In this document: positions 15,093 to 30,622 of the stretch, piece by piece
Layout: every line of letters begins with the position of its first letter
Position numbering within the stretch: the stretch's first letter is position 1
Origin: Tubulanus polymorphus
Lineage: Eukaryota; Animalia; Nemertea
Direction: 5' to 3'
DNA: 64,000 nucleotides
NCBI RefSeq assembly: GCF_964204645.1
Contig: NC_134029.1
Location: 18,532,950-18,596,949 of the forward strand
Notes under the pieces: generated by a model
What the model saw: only the letters and a program-made list of their open reading frames with translations
What the model was told of the DNA's origin: nothing
The model's database searches: none
Translations under genes and position numbers: made by a program

Positions 15093-18000
15093 ATGATGAG
15101 TGATGAACTGGAATACGGCCGTGGCTTGGAAGTTCTATTTTCTGCGGCCAAAAATCAATTGAAATCGCCGATCGACGCGTTAATTCTTTATCTACACAAC
15201 AACCTGATAAACCATGGGTTTAAATGCGCTGGTACCGGTGAAGAGGTAAGCACTGTCAGTTCCAAAACAAATCCAAAACATGGGTCATGAAATGATGAAA
15301 TCAGAAATGTCTTTACTCATCCCCTCTTCAGGGCACAGGCACTCGCCGATGGCGTACATACAGTTGCTGGGGTTTTTGATAGTGTATTTGTGTTTTCATT
15401 CGTGATTCCGCAATAAATCCGAAACGTCTTGGTACTGATACGTTTAGAAAGATAATGGCCGCTGGCTCCACACACGGCGACCTCACAAAATACTGAACAA
15501 ACTTCGTTTTTCAATCTAAAATCAAAACTTTTATTTTATACGACACTTACTAGTGATATGACAGTTATATATCCTATTATTCCATCCGACTGTGAGACAC
15601 TGTCAATTTGTGAAACGTCTTTAGTAATATAAAAGAAAAGGTAGTTGACAAAGCGTGAGCGTATAGGAAAAAATTTAACAGGCGTTGAGACGGCAACACT
15701 AGGTCACACGGGCACCTGCTACAAGTATTCCCCTTCTATATTCAATAAATCGGGATTTCGTTATGACGTCACTCAGCGGTTGAACGACGTTCGGTGACCT
15801 AGTGTTGCCTTCTCAACGCCTGTAAAGTTTTTCCTATACGCTCATACTGCAGCGGCCATGATCTTTTTAAATGTATCAGTACCAAGACATTTTTTCTCGG
15901 ATTTATTGCAGAATAACGAATGAAAACACAAATACACTATCAAAAACCCCAGCAACTGTATCCCAAGCCCATCGGCGAGTGCCTGTGTTCAGGGTATGAA
16001 GCTCACGCCGACACAAACCCCGACCACAGGCCTTTTATTGGTCTAATGCACCGCCCAAGATTTCTTGCACGATGGACAGGTTGCCACCCTCACAGCATTA
16101 TATTAGTATTACGAGCATTCAATTTCGGCGATCGCATTCGTAGTCAATTTACGTAGATTTTGCGATCATATCAAACGTTTGTAAAAACGACGATAGTTTA
16201 GGTGAATTACATGACATGAACATGTGGAGAGAAAGATTTAATCAATCATCAAATCAGTTAGTTAGTTACCTAATCATTGGTGGTAAGCTTTTTATAATCG
16301 GATGGGCTTATACCCTGTTTTGGCCCTTGTCATCCCTAACGTTGGTGTCCGGTCCTCCTTATTACCAAGATGATGTATTTTACCGAGATCAACCGAGATG
16401 ACATGAAATATAACATATTTATTAATTCCTTATCGATTTTAACACTTAAAATTATATTATATCAGTAATAATAAATACCTGCTTGAGTCACATTTTACAT
16501 ATTTTGTCGGATATTTTTGTAGAAAAATATCTTTTAACTTTACCGCGATGAGATCGTCGATCAATCAAATTTAATGAAATTTTATTGCTTACCGAGATTA
16601 CGTATTTGAAATCAATATTTTTTCTACAAAATATCCGGCAAAATATGTAAGATATGACTCTAGAAGGTATTTATTACTCAGGGCCGTCGGAACAGGGGCG
16701 GCCAAAGCTGCCCCGCTTTTTTGCTTAACAAATTTTTTTTCAAAAGCATGTTGCGTAGCAGCTCGTCGTTCTCTGTACTAGGTGGTTGGCTCACAGCTTC
16801 TCATGCTTCTGTGAATGAGACCGTGAAATGGCCCCAAAATGCATCTCCGGCGATTGAATTCTCTCAAAATTTTTCTAGGGGAGGGCCCCCAGACCCCCCC
16901 TTCAGAAATAAGCCTCGCCGCTAAAAAATTCCTTCCGACGGCTCTGTTACTGATATTACATGATTTCAAGTGTTAAAACAGTTAAGAATTTAACAAAATG
17001 CTATACTTCATGTCATCTCGGTAAATTGTGTCATCTCGGTAATAAGGACGACCCCTCGTAAAGTGCATTTCACTGAACGGATGCACAAATCCGATGCTTG
17101 TAAAAATGCCCTATGGAATGCCGTCCTAGCAAAAACTATTTCATATTTGGTACATGGTATTTTAACAATGTATTCACAGTTGTATAGTTGTACAAGCAAC
17201 AGACAATCTTTATCAGAGAGCGTCTACGTTCAACGCCAGTAGAATTATACAGTAGGCTACCTTCCTTGCTTGAAAAGCTCGCACCAACATAGTCCTTGAA
17301 CGCACTTACGTCATTGTAATGTTCTATTACACAACTACATGTTATCATTCAATGAAGCAAGCGAGGAAAAACAAATAAATTTTTTTAGGTATATATCATC
17401 CTCCCTCGGCAGAGATTCGAACCTGATGGCAGCGCTACACTCAGCCACGGCACGAACCCCTGCCACACTAGACCGGGTGGGCAGGAACATGCGCAGCTTT
17501 GCCGCACGAAAACTTGAGGCGCCAATCACATTGCGTGTAGCTGCGCACTCAATCTAATGTGGCAGGGTTTCGTACTGTGGCAATCTCGATGCCATCAGGT
17601 TCGTATCATTGCAGGGGAGGATGGTATATATTTTCATTATTGATAATTTTCATAAGTGGCAACCTACCCGCCGAAGGAATGTGTGTGGTGATATAGACCG
17701 ATGAAGGAAGTGGTTTTGTGTTGCTTGTGAGCTTTTGGTGGGAGGCAATCAATCTCCCTCTTTCGTTTGCCATAAAACATCAGTTTTGTACTATTTTCTT
17801 TTTTCAGGGCTCGTGGGATAAAAAGTCTGAGTTGTTGCCTTGCGGGTGGAATGACAATCAGGACCTTTATGTGCTGAAATATAGGCAAACCGATGACAAT
17901 ACCAGACACTTATTGAAAGTGTTGGTCGTAGAAGGAGTTTTACTCGTACATTTGATGGTATGATTCTCTTTTGTATCTTTGTCGAATGCTTGCTTTATGC

Positions 18001-20555
18001 AGCCTGATATCAATCTGGCATTTAGGGTGCACTCTTTTATGAAATCGGAGAATCCGTTATTGGTCACATGACCTTTTGGGGAGTTCGATACCTCCTTTCC
18101 GTCGAGGTGGTGTGATTCGGATTTTGTGTGGAACCAACCGGTGATTTCGGATAGAGACTAGTATGCCCTTAATGTAGCTCATTTTCAATTTAACCCTTTC
18201 GCTGCGAACATGGTCAAATTTTGGTATGCTGGAGTCCCGAGGTAAAGAAATTAAATCAATTTGATTTAAATAAAACCATGAGATTTTGATTAGGCCTCAT
18301 TTATTATGATTTTTCCTTGATGAAAATAGCTAGAAATATTATTTCTAAATCCCGATCACCATCAGGACTCAAAGGACAGAATGCGACAGCATAGCATATT
18401 CAATGAGCCCATCTGGTGCCACCAGCCGGCCAACCACGCGAATCAACTGGTGAAAATTTCACCATCTTTCAGAAAAAATCGGAACTAAGTTGTCCAGCAT
18501 GTGAACATACACAATGCGCGATAACTAGTGCTATACAATACGGTACATCATGATGAGCCGAGTTCGTCATACGCACATCAAATGTCAATTTTATAACGCA
18601 GCGAAAAGGTTAAACTGTCCAGAGATCAGATTGTTGGGAAAAATGTGCAAAACTTTTTACAAGAAAAGTGTCAAAAATGTTTTGATACCCTTTTCATGCC
18701 ATACAGGTATACAGTTATAACAAGGCTTGGGAATACCAGCCTTTATTACCAAGATATCAGCTAATCCTAGATTTCCACGGTAGATGTGCTCGAACCCCAT
18801 TGACATCAGCTAGGAGAATCCTTCGAGGATTGCTTCTGGAGTAAGATTTTGATTGCATTAATTTGTTTCGTTTTAGCGTTTGGTAAATGAAAAAGTTGCA
18901 TGCACCAATGTGAAGGTTGGCGATTTCACTTCTTCGCAATTTACCGAATTTGAAAGGTACATTCACTAACTACCATTTCATGTCTTCATATTAATACCTG
19001 TTGATACCTAGTTGTTGAATATTGAAATTATCTGATTGTCAAGCATTTCACCAAGTGGGCATCCTCTAGTTCAATTATAGCTGCGTTCACACTAGATTCG
19101 GCGCCTACGAAATGCCGTAATTCACCAAAATACGGCGCTTACACGGCCAGTTACATTTACACTACAAGTCGGCAATTCGGCACTTAGTAAGCCCAGTATA
19201 GTAGTCACCCAGTGTGCCAATAGAGGGAGTGTAATTAGTGTTTGGTGTTTAGTACCGTACTGAAATCCTAGTGTTAACGCAGCTTATAAAGCTTTTCGAA
19301 TCATCGTAATTGCATTTTCAATTACAGCGCGTATAAAGATTTGGGCGTCTTGGAGAAACAGATTCAAACAGAATTACTGAACGAGGTTTCCGGTCGTACT
19401 GCGGCAGCTAGTAGCCAGCCACAGAGGCGAAGAGATGAACCACGTCAACAGCATCGTCCCGAAGATGATGACGATCCTTTGAGGGTCGGACCCCCCCGTC
19501 GTGGTGGCCCGAGAAATTTTATACCTCCCGACCAGTAAGTATGTTCATTTGATACAATCAAACCGCTGTCTTAGAAGACCGGTAAGATGTTCAGTAAGTC
19601 ACTCTGACGCTAGTCAATAATATTTAAATAAATTTATTATTTATTTTCAGTCGAGATCCATTTGGTGTCGGTAGAGGCGATTTAGATCCATTTGGCGGAG
19701 GTGCACCGGGAATGATAATGGATCCGTTCAGAGGACATCCTCGTTTCGGTTTTGACCCTAACGTCGGTCCGGGCGGATTACCGAGGTAACAGTGCTTCAT
19801 TGAAAGTTAATCTTACGACACTTACAAAAGAACTCGAGTTCGGAATGAAATTTATTCATTCTTGTTTACATTGGTTTTGTTATTTTTCAGAGGAGCCGTC
19901 CCGCCCGGCGCACGTTTCGATCCTTTTGGACCTCCAGGGCATGGGGGAGGGCCGCCACCTGATAATGCGTTCAGACCAGGGTAAGTATGTCATAGCGCAA
20001 CAAGTAATTATTTGCGAATACTGGTTTGGTCTATTTGCCATTGACCATTTTATCCTGTTCATTCAGCACATGTACTAGTTCATAAAAATGGCATTCAGAA
20101 TTACAGCTTAGCTATTTGGCCGCTTAGCTTAGCTGATAGTTGTAAGAGAAATTGTATAAGACGGCGACTTATCCCACTAGCGTATATTATTACAGCATTA
20201 TATTATTTTGGTTGTAGCCTTGAATATAAACAAAATTTTGCGTAGCTCCACAACTATTACTGTGATCACAGGCAAACTAACATGGTACAAACCTGACTAC
20301 GACTTCTATTTGAGAGTATTTTCTACTCTTTTCAAGAGCTCTTATACGCTGAAGAATATCAAAATACCACCCGAATAATTTCCACTTCACTAAACTACTA
20401 TATTTTATATAAAAATACTCTCATTTTATGCAAATACTACCACAGTTAGAGATATCAGGTAGTGTGGTCTGATGGTTATCTAAAATCCCTGTTTCTATTG
20501 CAGGCCAGATCCTGACCATGAACGACCACCGGATTTTGATGATATGTTCATGTGA
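15093..20555 (+). CDS. PSMF1: Proteasome inhibitor PI31
   Basis: Exons 15093-15245 (an in-frame upstream ATG exists at 15054), 17808-17957, 18877-18956, 19328-19534, 19651-19785, 19891-19980, 20504-20555. FP-domain motifs GLEVLF, DALILYLH and SELLPCGWN; Pro-rich tail VGRGDLDPF, GMIMDP, GAVPPGARFDPFGPP and PDPDHERPPDFDDMFM*. AATAAA near 20686. Confidence 0.93.
15334..15987. mobile_element. Foldback non-autonomous DNA transposon with ~130-bp TIRs and 7-bp TSD (P/Galileo-like)
   Basis: Termini CACAGGCACTCGCCGATGG...CCATCGGCGAGTGCCTGTG, flanked on both sides by TTCAGGG (15327-15333, 15988-15994). An inner second inverted pair lies at ~15655-15707 and ~15794-15844. Confidence 0.8.
16351..17053. 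mobile_element. Long-TIR foldback MITE interrupted by a second element
   Basis: GGTCCTCCTTATTACC...GGTAATAAGGACGACC termini. The arms stay complementary for ~190 bp once the 16679-16946 insert is removed. No clear TSD. Confidence 0.7.
16679..16946 (+). mobile_element. hAT-like MITE with 5-bp TSD (copy 1)
   Basis: TIR CAGGGCCGTCGGAA / TTCCGACGGCTCTG; TSD TTACT on both sides; a highly similar copy lies at 41288-41540. Confidence 0.85.
17396..17623. mobile_element. Inverted-repeat MITE
   Basis: Arms CATCCTCCCTCGGCAGAGATTCGAACCTGATGGCA / TGCCATCAGGTTCGTATCATTGCAGGGGAGGATG; a partial related copy lies at ~26425-26550. Confidence 0.65.
18190..18613. mobile_element. piggyBac-like MITE (TTAA-flanked)
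   Basis: TTAA-CCCTTTCGCTGCG ... CGCAGCGAAAAGG-TTAA. Confidence 0.7.
19079..19284. mobile_element. PIF/Harbinger-like MITE
   Basis: TIR AGCTGCGTTCACACTAG / CTAGTGTTAACGCAGCT with 3-bp TSD TAT. Confidence 0.7.
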
Positions 20556-21872
20556 ATGAAGATTATGCTTCGATGATGAATTTCATTTGCGGCGTGTACT
20601 TTATGATTCTTTTGGTTTGTGAGTTGATGGTGTTTGAGGGTTTTGAGAGTGTACAATATGAAATGTTGGTTCTTGTTTTATTATGAATAAAATTTTATTC
20701 AATTTATGAAAAATTTATCGGTGTTGTCATATGTTTTTGGGAGACCTATGATGGAATTTAGTATGGATTGGATATTTACTTGAAGTACACGTTTCAATAC
20801 TGGATATGGGCCATGATCGCACGGTTAATGATTTGTCCAGGACCTGGCACCAGATCATATTTGGCGTGTGGCCAATTAAGGAGTGTGTGGAAGCTGTGTA
20901 TGAGAAAATTATGATTAATTCCTCGCTGATCGATGTCTCCAGTCCAGAAGACTCGCTAAAGATTTTTCCACAAGATGAATTTAACTGGTTGGGGTTGAAA
21001 CAAAAAGTTTAATTTGTATTAGTTAAGTTTTGGTGGCGTTTTGGTTAATCATGTACATTAAGAAAGAGGAAGATCAGATCTCGGCAAATTTTTACCATGT
21101 AACAAAAGCATTGTAACAATCTTTTACTATATAGCTGGATTACTATGATCAACTATAACAGAGTCGACCACAATCCAACCACTTCCGAATCCCAAAGTTT
21201 ACCTAGTAAAAGCAGAACTTTCCCTATTTTTTCTTAAGGACAGCAGTAAAAAAGACCAGAGAGTTATCTTGATGGACCCAAGTAGTAAGCGGTAAGTATT
21301 GGGATACATGAAATCTGTCAGTTGATTGGAGCTAATCATTTCAACATTCCATATCTCTCGGCTGACCTTTGAAATTAGGCATATCAAATAAAATCTTCTG
21401 GATTCCTTGTGTAATGCTAAAATAATAGGACCTCATTTCTCCTAATCAGCCGGGCCATTTTGAAGACTGCAATAAAATTTGCAATCATTTCATTTTTATG
21501 ACTGCCGGTTCTGTTAAGGTTAACTTGATCATGATTTAGAAAAAAAACATGTTCAGGAAAGACAGGCAGCTGGCCCGTTCAACTTTTTCAAGCTCAACAG
21601 AAATGAGAAACAAAGAAATTTAGCCTAAAATGTTGAACGCATCAAATTATCTCCATATTCCATGAAAGTGAAGTTAAATGTAACCAACCCAAGTATCTTG
21701 TAATGATTTATTTATCGGAAATTGAATATATTATCAAAGTATGAAATTAACAAAATATATGGTAAACGTGACTAGCATAAACTTAAATTTGTCTTGGATG
21801 GTTTGTTCGGAATATGGCTTGGTGGCGAATGGCGATGTTTCGGCATTTTAGTACTTTCGTGGAGAATCTGCA

Positions 21873-24800
21873 TTACACGGTAACCGTAGCAACTCTTACA
21901 GCGACACCTAAAACGAATACGCGAATGTGAAATATGTTTCATAATATAATGATATGATTGCTTAAGGAGATGAAAAGTTTTCTTACCGCAAACATTCATT
22001 CCAACTTTGATGTGTAAATAACCGTTTATGCCGAATGCATTGCCCCAAGAATTTCTAACGATATAATATGGAATATCACCTGAAATGGATGAACACAATA
22101 TCGTACCGATACTTGAGCTACTTACTACTAGCATCTAGTTTCACTGTTTTGAGTCCAAATTTGACTCATTTGACCACCGGCAATTGACATAGAACTATCT
22201 TGACTCCCGAGTTAAATCTAACCTTGGAGTTATCATTCTGACAGAGTGATTAGTCCAAGATCTATGCAGGGTGGTCACTGACCTGGAAAACTCAGGGAAT
22301 CAGAAAAATCTAGTAAGAATTGGGGAATTTGACAAATCATAGCAAAAAATCTGGAAAACTCAGGGAATTTGGATAACGCTATTTACCACGTATTTCTTTA
22401 TCAATACATGATTCAAAGAAAAATGAATGAATAATAACATTTCAAAACTAGAAATTTCTGACCCTGGGAATTTTGTGTTATCACATAAAAAAACTAAGGG
22501 AATTTGTAACTGGGCGAAAGGCTTACCCTGAACTGGGTCCAGAAGTGCCTAAAATGCACCTGGGTAAAGAGGCAATGAGGATAAGTGTCGCGCCCAAAAA
22601 CGCTGCGATAATGTGCAAGGTTCGAACCCATGATTTGGCATCATTAAGTCGACTGCACTATTATTCACCAACACTGCTGCTCTCAAACAAACATAACACA
22701 TCAAAGATCTATATTACCTGTAAGATCATATCCGACAATCACTACCGCGTGGTTATTGAATGTCGAACAATGATATTGTATAATTCCACCCAGATAGTCG
22801 TTCCAAGTTACCGCATCCACGCTTATAGTCAATGGACCGTGTTCAGCTATCAATCTCAACATTTCATCTTCCTGATTGACAAAACTGAAAAGATTAGAAG
22901 AAGTTCAGCTGAACAAGCGAGTTTGGCAGTTTCGTGTGCTTTAGCCTTTGGTAAACTAGAAACTAACGTGTGACATGTGGAGCTGTTGATTGGTATTCCT
23001 GTATAACCAGTTGGGAACATCTTGCAGTAGTTTGATTTGTTTGTCAGTGGATATTTATTTTCTGTCACTAGCTTCATCTTCGTCTACAATTTTGAGAGGC
23101 GTAATTATTTCATGAAAAGCCTGAGTATGACGCCAAACAACGCTCATGGATACGTTAGCGAGATTTATTCGATTATTTCAAAGACAATTATATATTTCCA
23201 TTGCCAGGACAAAAATAATCAAATGTAACAAGTCTCAGAGGATATAAAAATAGACATGTGAACCTAAATAACCACCACTCAAAGAGGAAAACAACTCACT
23301 AGGAAGTATTGTACAGTGGAACCTCGTTACAACGAACTCGGATACAACGATTCCTCAGTTATAACAAATATAGAATTTCATCCTAAGTAAAAACAATTTA
23401 ACTAATTTCAAACTGGATATAACAAACTATTGGTTATAACAAACATATTATCTGGTCCCGTGGAGTTCGCCATAACAAGCTTCCACTGTTGAATAAAATT
23501 ATCACAAATTCACATATCAATTTCAGGATTAGATTTTCGGGATTAACAAATGTCATTCCAAGCGAGCTAGATATTGAGCAAGCATAAAGGACATTGTGAA
23601 AAAGATTACTTTCAAACTAATTCGTAGTTGCGAGAGGTATAAAATTCCTACCGTTTGAAGCCAACTTAGGGCCATGCAGATATCTCCCCCAGAACAGCCA
23701 TAATTTCCATTTCCTGCACAGTCTATCATCTGTTGGGTACTGAGGTCGGATAGCGTGCCTGTTTTGATCGCATGCATAGTTTCAATATTTTCTACTGAAC
23801 TGAAAGCCCTGAAAATCAATATCAAGAAGTTAAGTCGGATTTGATGAATTTAATCCTAGTAACACGGGCAATCATTCAATCTTTTTAGCGACCATAGCAC
23901 TGTAGATATTTCACTTACCAACATGCTCCACAGTGGAGTTGGTTTTTGACGGGAGTAACTACTTTTTTCTCTCGCCTGCAAAAAATTATAAATGATACAC
24001 TATTCACTGAGTTGAATCTATATAGTTTACATATGAATAAATACATTCAACTGATGAAGCTACTATATACTAGTAGCAAAAGCGCATGCATCAAATAAAC
24101 TAGTTAACCTAAAGTACTATTCGTCTCGCATCTATTCTGCACCAGGTTATCATGGCTCCTCTACGAATCTTCATATGAAGAAATAAAACATCTCAGATCC
24201 TACAAAACTTTACTTACCAATCCCATTTTTGAGGAATGTTTAATTTCTTATAGTCTATCACAGAAGGCTTGAATCTCAATACATTGCTGCTTTTGGAAGA
24301 ATAGACAATAGCTGTCTGAATGGGCGGACCACCATTAATATTCAGATATTTTGCTGTTACAATGAAAAACAAGCTGGATATTATCATTTTACCAGGATGA
24401 AAAAATTGTCTCTGAACAAGGGAAAACGATTTTGTCTTGATAGTCTATGTAAAGCTAAGTTAACTGTCATAGAATGAAACTGGATTAATTTCAGTCTAAG
24501 ATAGCTTTCATAGAAACCAACCCTGTCACCAAAAGTTGGACACCAATAGGGCTCTAGGCCTACCAGGCCTACATCCGTCCCTTTGTGATATTGATGATGA
24601 CGATGATCATCATAATGGTTATATCACCTTTAAATTCCTCTGGTGTAAGGTCAGAAAACTGTGTGACTCCGTAATAAGCACTCCCGTTGCTATTTGCAGT
24701 TGCGTTCAATTTTGCTTGCCGCACTAAATTATCCTATTTCAAAAAGAAAAGTAATGATACAAAAGTAAAAACAAAACGAGATGTTGAAAGCTCTTGAAAG

Positions 24801-27103
24801 TCCTGTTTCAAGATAATACCATAAAAATTTGATAACACTATTCCCAAATACTTTTAAGTCAAGTACATCATGGTTCCTACAGATTGGTCTTTCCAGAATT
24901 TTAGGGTTTTTTTAGGAGAATTCTTTTAATAATCTGTTCGCATCACCATGCCCAAGAAATTGAGCTCCATAAAAACGTGTATCAATTACACCTCTATTCC
25001 AGTAAGGAATCCATATATCCATTTGCTTTGTTTGTGTGACTTTATTTAGTGATTCGTCAAACAACAGAACATATTCGTCAGCTGTGGATACGGACTTCTG
25101 AAGCAGATCACTAAAATGAGGGCCTATGCCAAAGTTTACGGTATAAAGACACTTGTCTTCACCAAGACTAAACTTTCTAGCTTTCTAGCTTTGAAGCTAT
25201 TCCACTATCCGGAAACATTCTCCTATACCGTTTATTTTTATTCTCCATCGAATGAATAATTGCATTCTATCGCATCAATAGTGGACAAAATTTCAGCTTT
25301 CCTAACATCTTCTGTGACGAGATAATCCGCGATAGCATGGTTACTTGTAGAACCTGACCTAACGGTATCAGGAATTTTCGGTTGGTTTTCAGCAGTAAGT
25401 ACATCATCAATCCGTTGACAGTTTCTTTGTGACATTTTAAATCTCTCATGTGCCGCAACATGTTTCATCCCTTTTTGGTGTGACGCAACTTGAGATTTGC
25501 CCTGACCAGCAATTGAAAATGTTGTCCTACATATCGAACGCTTAGCCGAGTGCTTATCTGTTGTGTACTTCAATAACCAATCTGAGAAATCCGGAATAGA
25601 AAGCCAGGCATCATTAAATTTACAATTTCCTTTCGGCATCTTGGAATGTATACGACTGACTGCTAAGAGAAACTATTCGAAGTGTAATTTCCAGTTCATA
25701 AATTTTGCTTGAATAATATTCAATTAATTGGCTAACTTAGGGATTTGTTCAATAATTAGTAATTTGTCTATTGGTTTAATTAAGAGCCTGAGGTTTGTGG
25801 CCAGTTAAAAAACCGTTTAGTGTCTAACTGTACATGACCAGTAGGCCTACTTAATTAGTGCTTTATAGACAATAAGCAGGAGGTGATTGGATATTCTCTC
25901 TATCACCTCCCTGGTTAGTCAACAGTTCCTTCACTAGCCAGTACATTTCAATAATAATAGGCCTTTTGTGTCTGTGTGCTTGCATCTAATCTAAATTACA
26001 TCTACAATGACCAGTGGAAACAATGAGCTGAATTGAGCTACTAACTTTAACACAATTCAAAGGAATACAAAAGCCCACTATGATGTTTCACATACAGCAT
26101 CACATTCAAAAATGATCCTAAAATTTTTACGGAGATGATTTCCAGAATTTTAGGGGTATTTTAGGGGCCTGAGGTTCAAAAGCCAGAATTTTAGGGTATT
26201 TCTCCCCTAAAAAATGGAATTCCGGAATTTTAGGGTATTTTAGGAATTTTAGGGGCTGTAGGAACCATGTATGTACATTCTGATGGAAAAAAGGCACCAG
26301 AGAATTCCAGAAAATCATTAGCCCTAAGAACTAGACTCTGGTTAATTTTCAAAATCGGATCTTTTCACAAACATTATTTGTTGCTGTTGAATAGATGATT
26401 CGGTAAATAAAGCTCCATTGTCATTCGGCAGAGATTCAAACCTGATGGCATTGAGACTTAACCACAGCAAAAAACTCTGGCTTATCAGCCAAGAACGCAG
26501 GCACATGTGGAGCTTAGCTGATATCATTATAACCAACCAATCAGAAATTGTGTCTTATTCTAGCCCGGATTTTTCCATTTACCCATGACTAATTTGCCTC
26601 AGCGATTATTCAAAAGGCAATCCGATTAAGCCAATATGCCCATAGTCTAGTACCTAGCCGCTGTTCCTCAAAAACAACACTGGTCGTAGGGGTCCACACA
26701 TAACAACGACTGGTAGGCCTATTGGTATTCAGACTAATATGCCCACCTCAACAAAACCTGCCTATTCCTATTTCGAGGCTAGTAGACCATTGGTTTAACG
26801 GATTTCCATTGACAAATTGCTATCACAAAACCAGATACGTTTATTTGAAACCTGAATAGAGATTGTTGGAATAAATACAATTTAAATTTGACTTGAATTT
26901 ACCTGGAATATGTTGAAACGTCGCTTGTATTCATCGGAACCGGGTCGATATGACTTTCCGTACTTTACGATGAATTCCTCAAATAGTTTTTCGTTCTTTG
27001 TTTCGGTTGTCATCGGTATGCGGAGGCTGTGGCTGGCCGCAAATGTGAAAATAACGGCGAAAAGTAGCAAACCCGGAACTAACATGGGCGCTGCCATTTT
27101 CAT
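21873..27103 (-). CDS. CTSO: Cathepsin O (papain-family C1A cysteine protease)
   Basis: Exons 27103-26903, 24733-24628, 24353-24218, 23975-23919, 23808-23652, 23083-22968, 22884-22718, 22079-21987, 21907-21873. Signal peptide, I29 propeptide (YGVTQFSDLTPEEF), catalytic QLHCGACWAFS, WNDYLGGIIQYHC (typical of cathepsin O), NHAV and IVRNSWG. PolyA signal at 21712-21707. Confidence 0.92.
22268..22530. mobile_element. hAT-like MITE with TGGAAAACTCAGGGAA subterminal repeats
   Basis: CAGGGTGGTCAC start and TTACCCTG end, with repeated GGAAAACTCAGGGAATT. Related elements lie at ~7295-7700, 35899-36260, ~42490-42580 and 44861-45074. Confidence 0.6.
23314..23488. mobile_element. Tc1/mariner-pogo (Tigger-like) MITE
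   Basis: TA-CAGTGGAACCTCGTTACAACG...TTCCACTG with internal GTTATAAC motifs; relatives at ~30040-30360 (RPS3 intron 4) and ~47243-47399. Confidence 0.65.
24869..26269 (-). mobile_element. Internally deleted hAT-superfamily transposon with degenerate transposase
   Basis: Perfect 14-bp TIR CATGGTTCCTACAG and AATTTTAGGG subterminal repeats. Frameshifted transposase 25639 to ~24910: N-terminal zinc-finger-like MPKGNCKFNDAW...SHQKGMKH, then MFPDSGIA, FGIGPHF, and catalytic-D motif YVLLFDESLNK...QMDIW...FLGHGDA. Imperfect 9-bp flanks CAAGTACAT / TATGTACAT. Confidence 0.88.
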
Positions 27104-27157
27104 TTCCCACAACGCATTGCGCGCATCTGTCACTTCCTTTTGCTAAAGCTTGCAATC

Positions 27158-27165
<8 letters not shown>
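27093..27165. promoter_or_regulatory. Shared divergent promoter core of CTSO and RPS3 with TCT/5'TOP initiator
   Basis: Pyrimidine tract CTTCCTTTT at 27133-27141, ~20 nt before the RPS3 ATG. NRF1-like CGCATTGCGCGCA at 27113-27125. YY1-like motifs at both translation starts (AAAATGGCAGC on -, ATGGCGGC on +). Confidence 0.7.

Positions 27166-30622
<3,457 letters not shown>

Noticed and set aside
17136-17348. Minus-strand ORF considered as a displaced PSMF1 exon
   Set aside because: The missing exon was found in the correct phase at 18877-18956.
22615-22675. tRNA gene candidates (also ~32700, ~40100, ~50370)
   Set aside because: Only B-box-like fragments are present, with no acceptor or anticodon stems; probably SINE relics.
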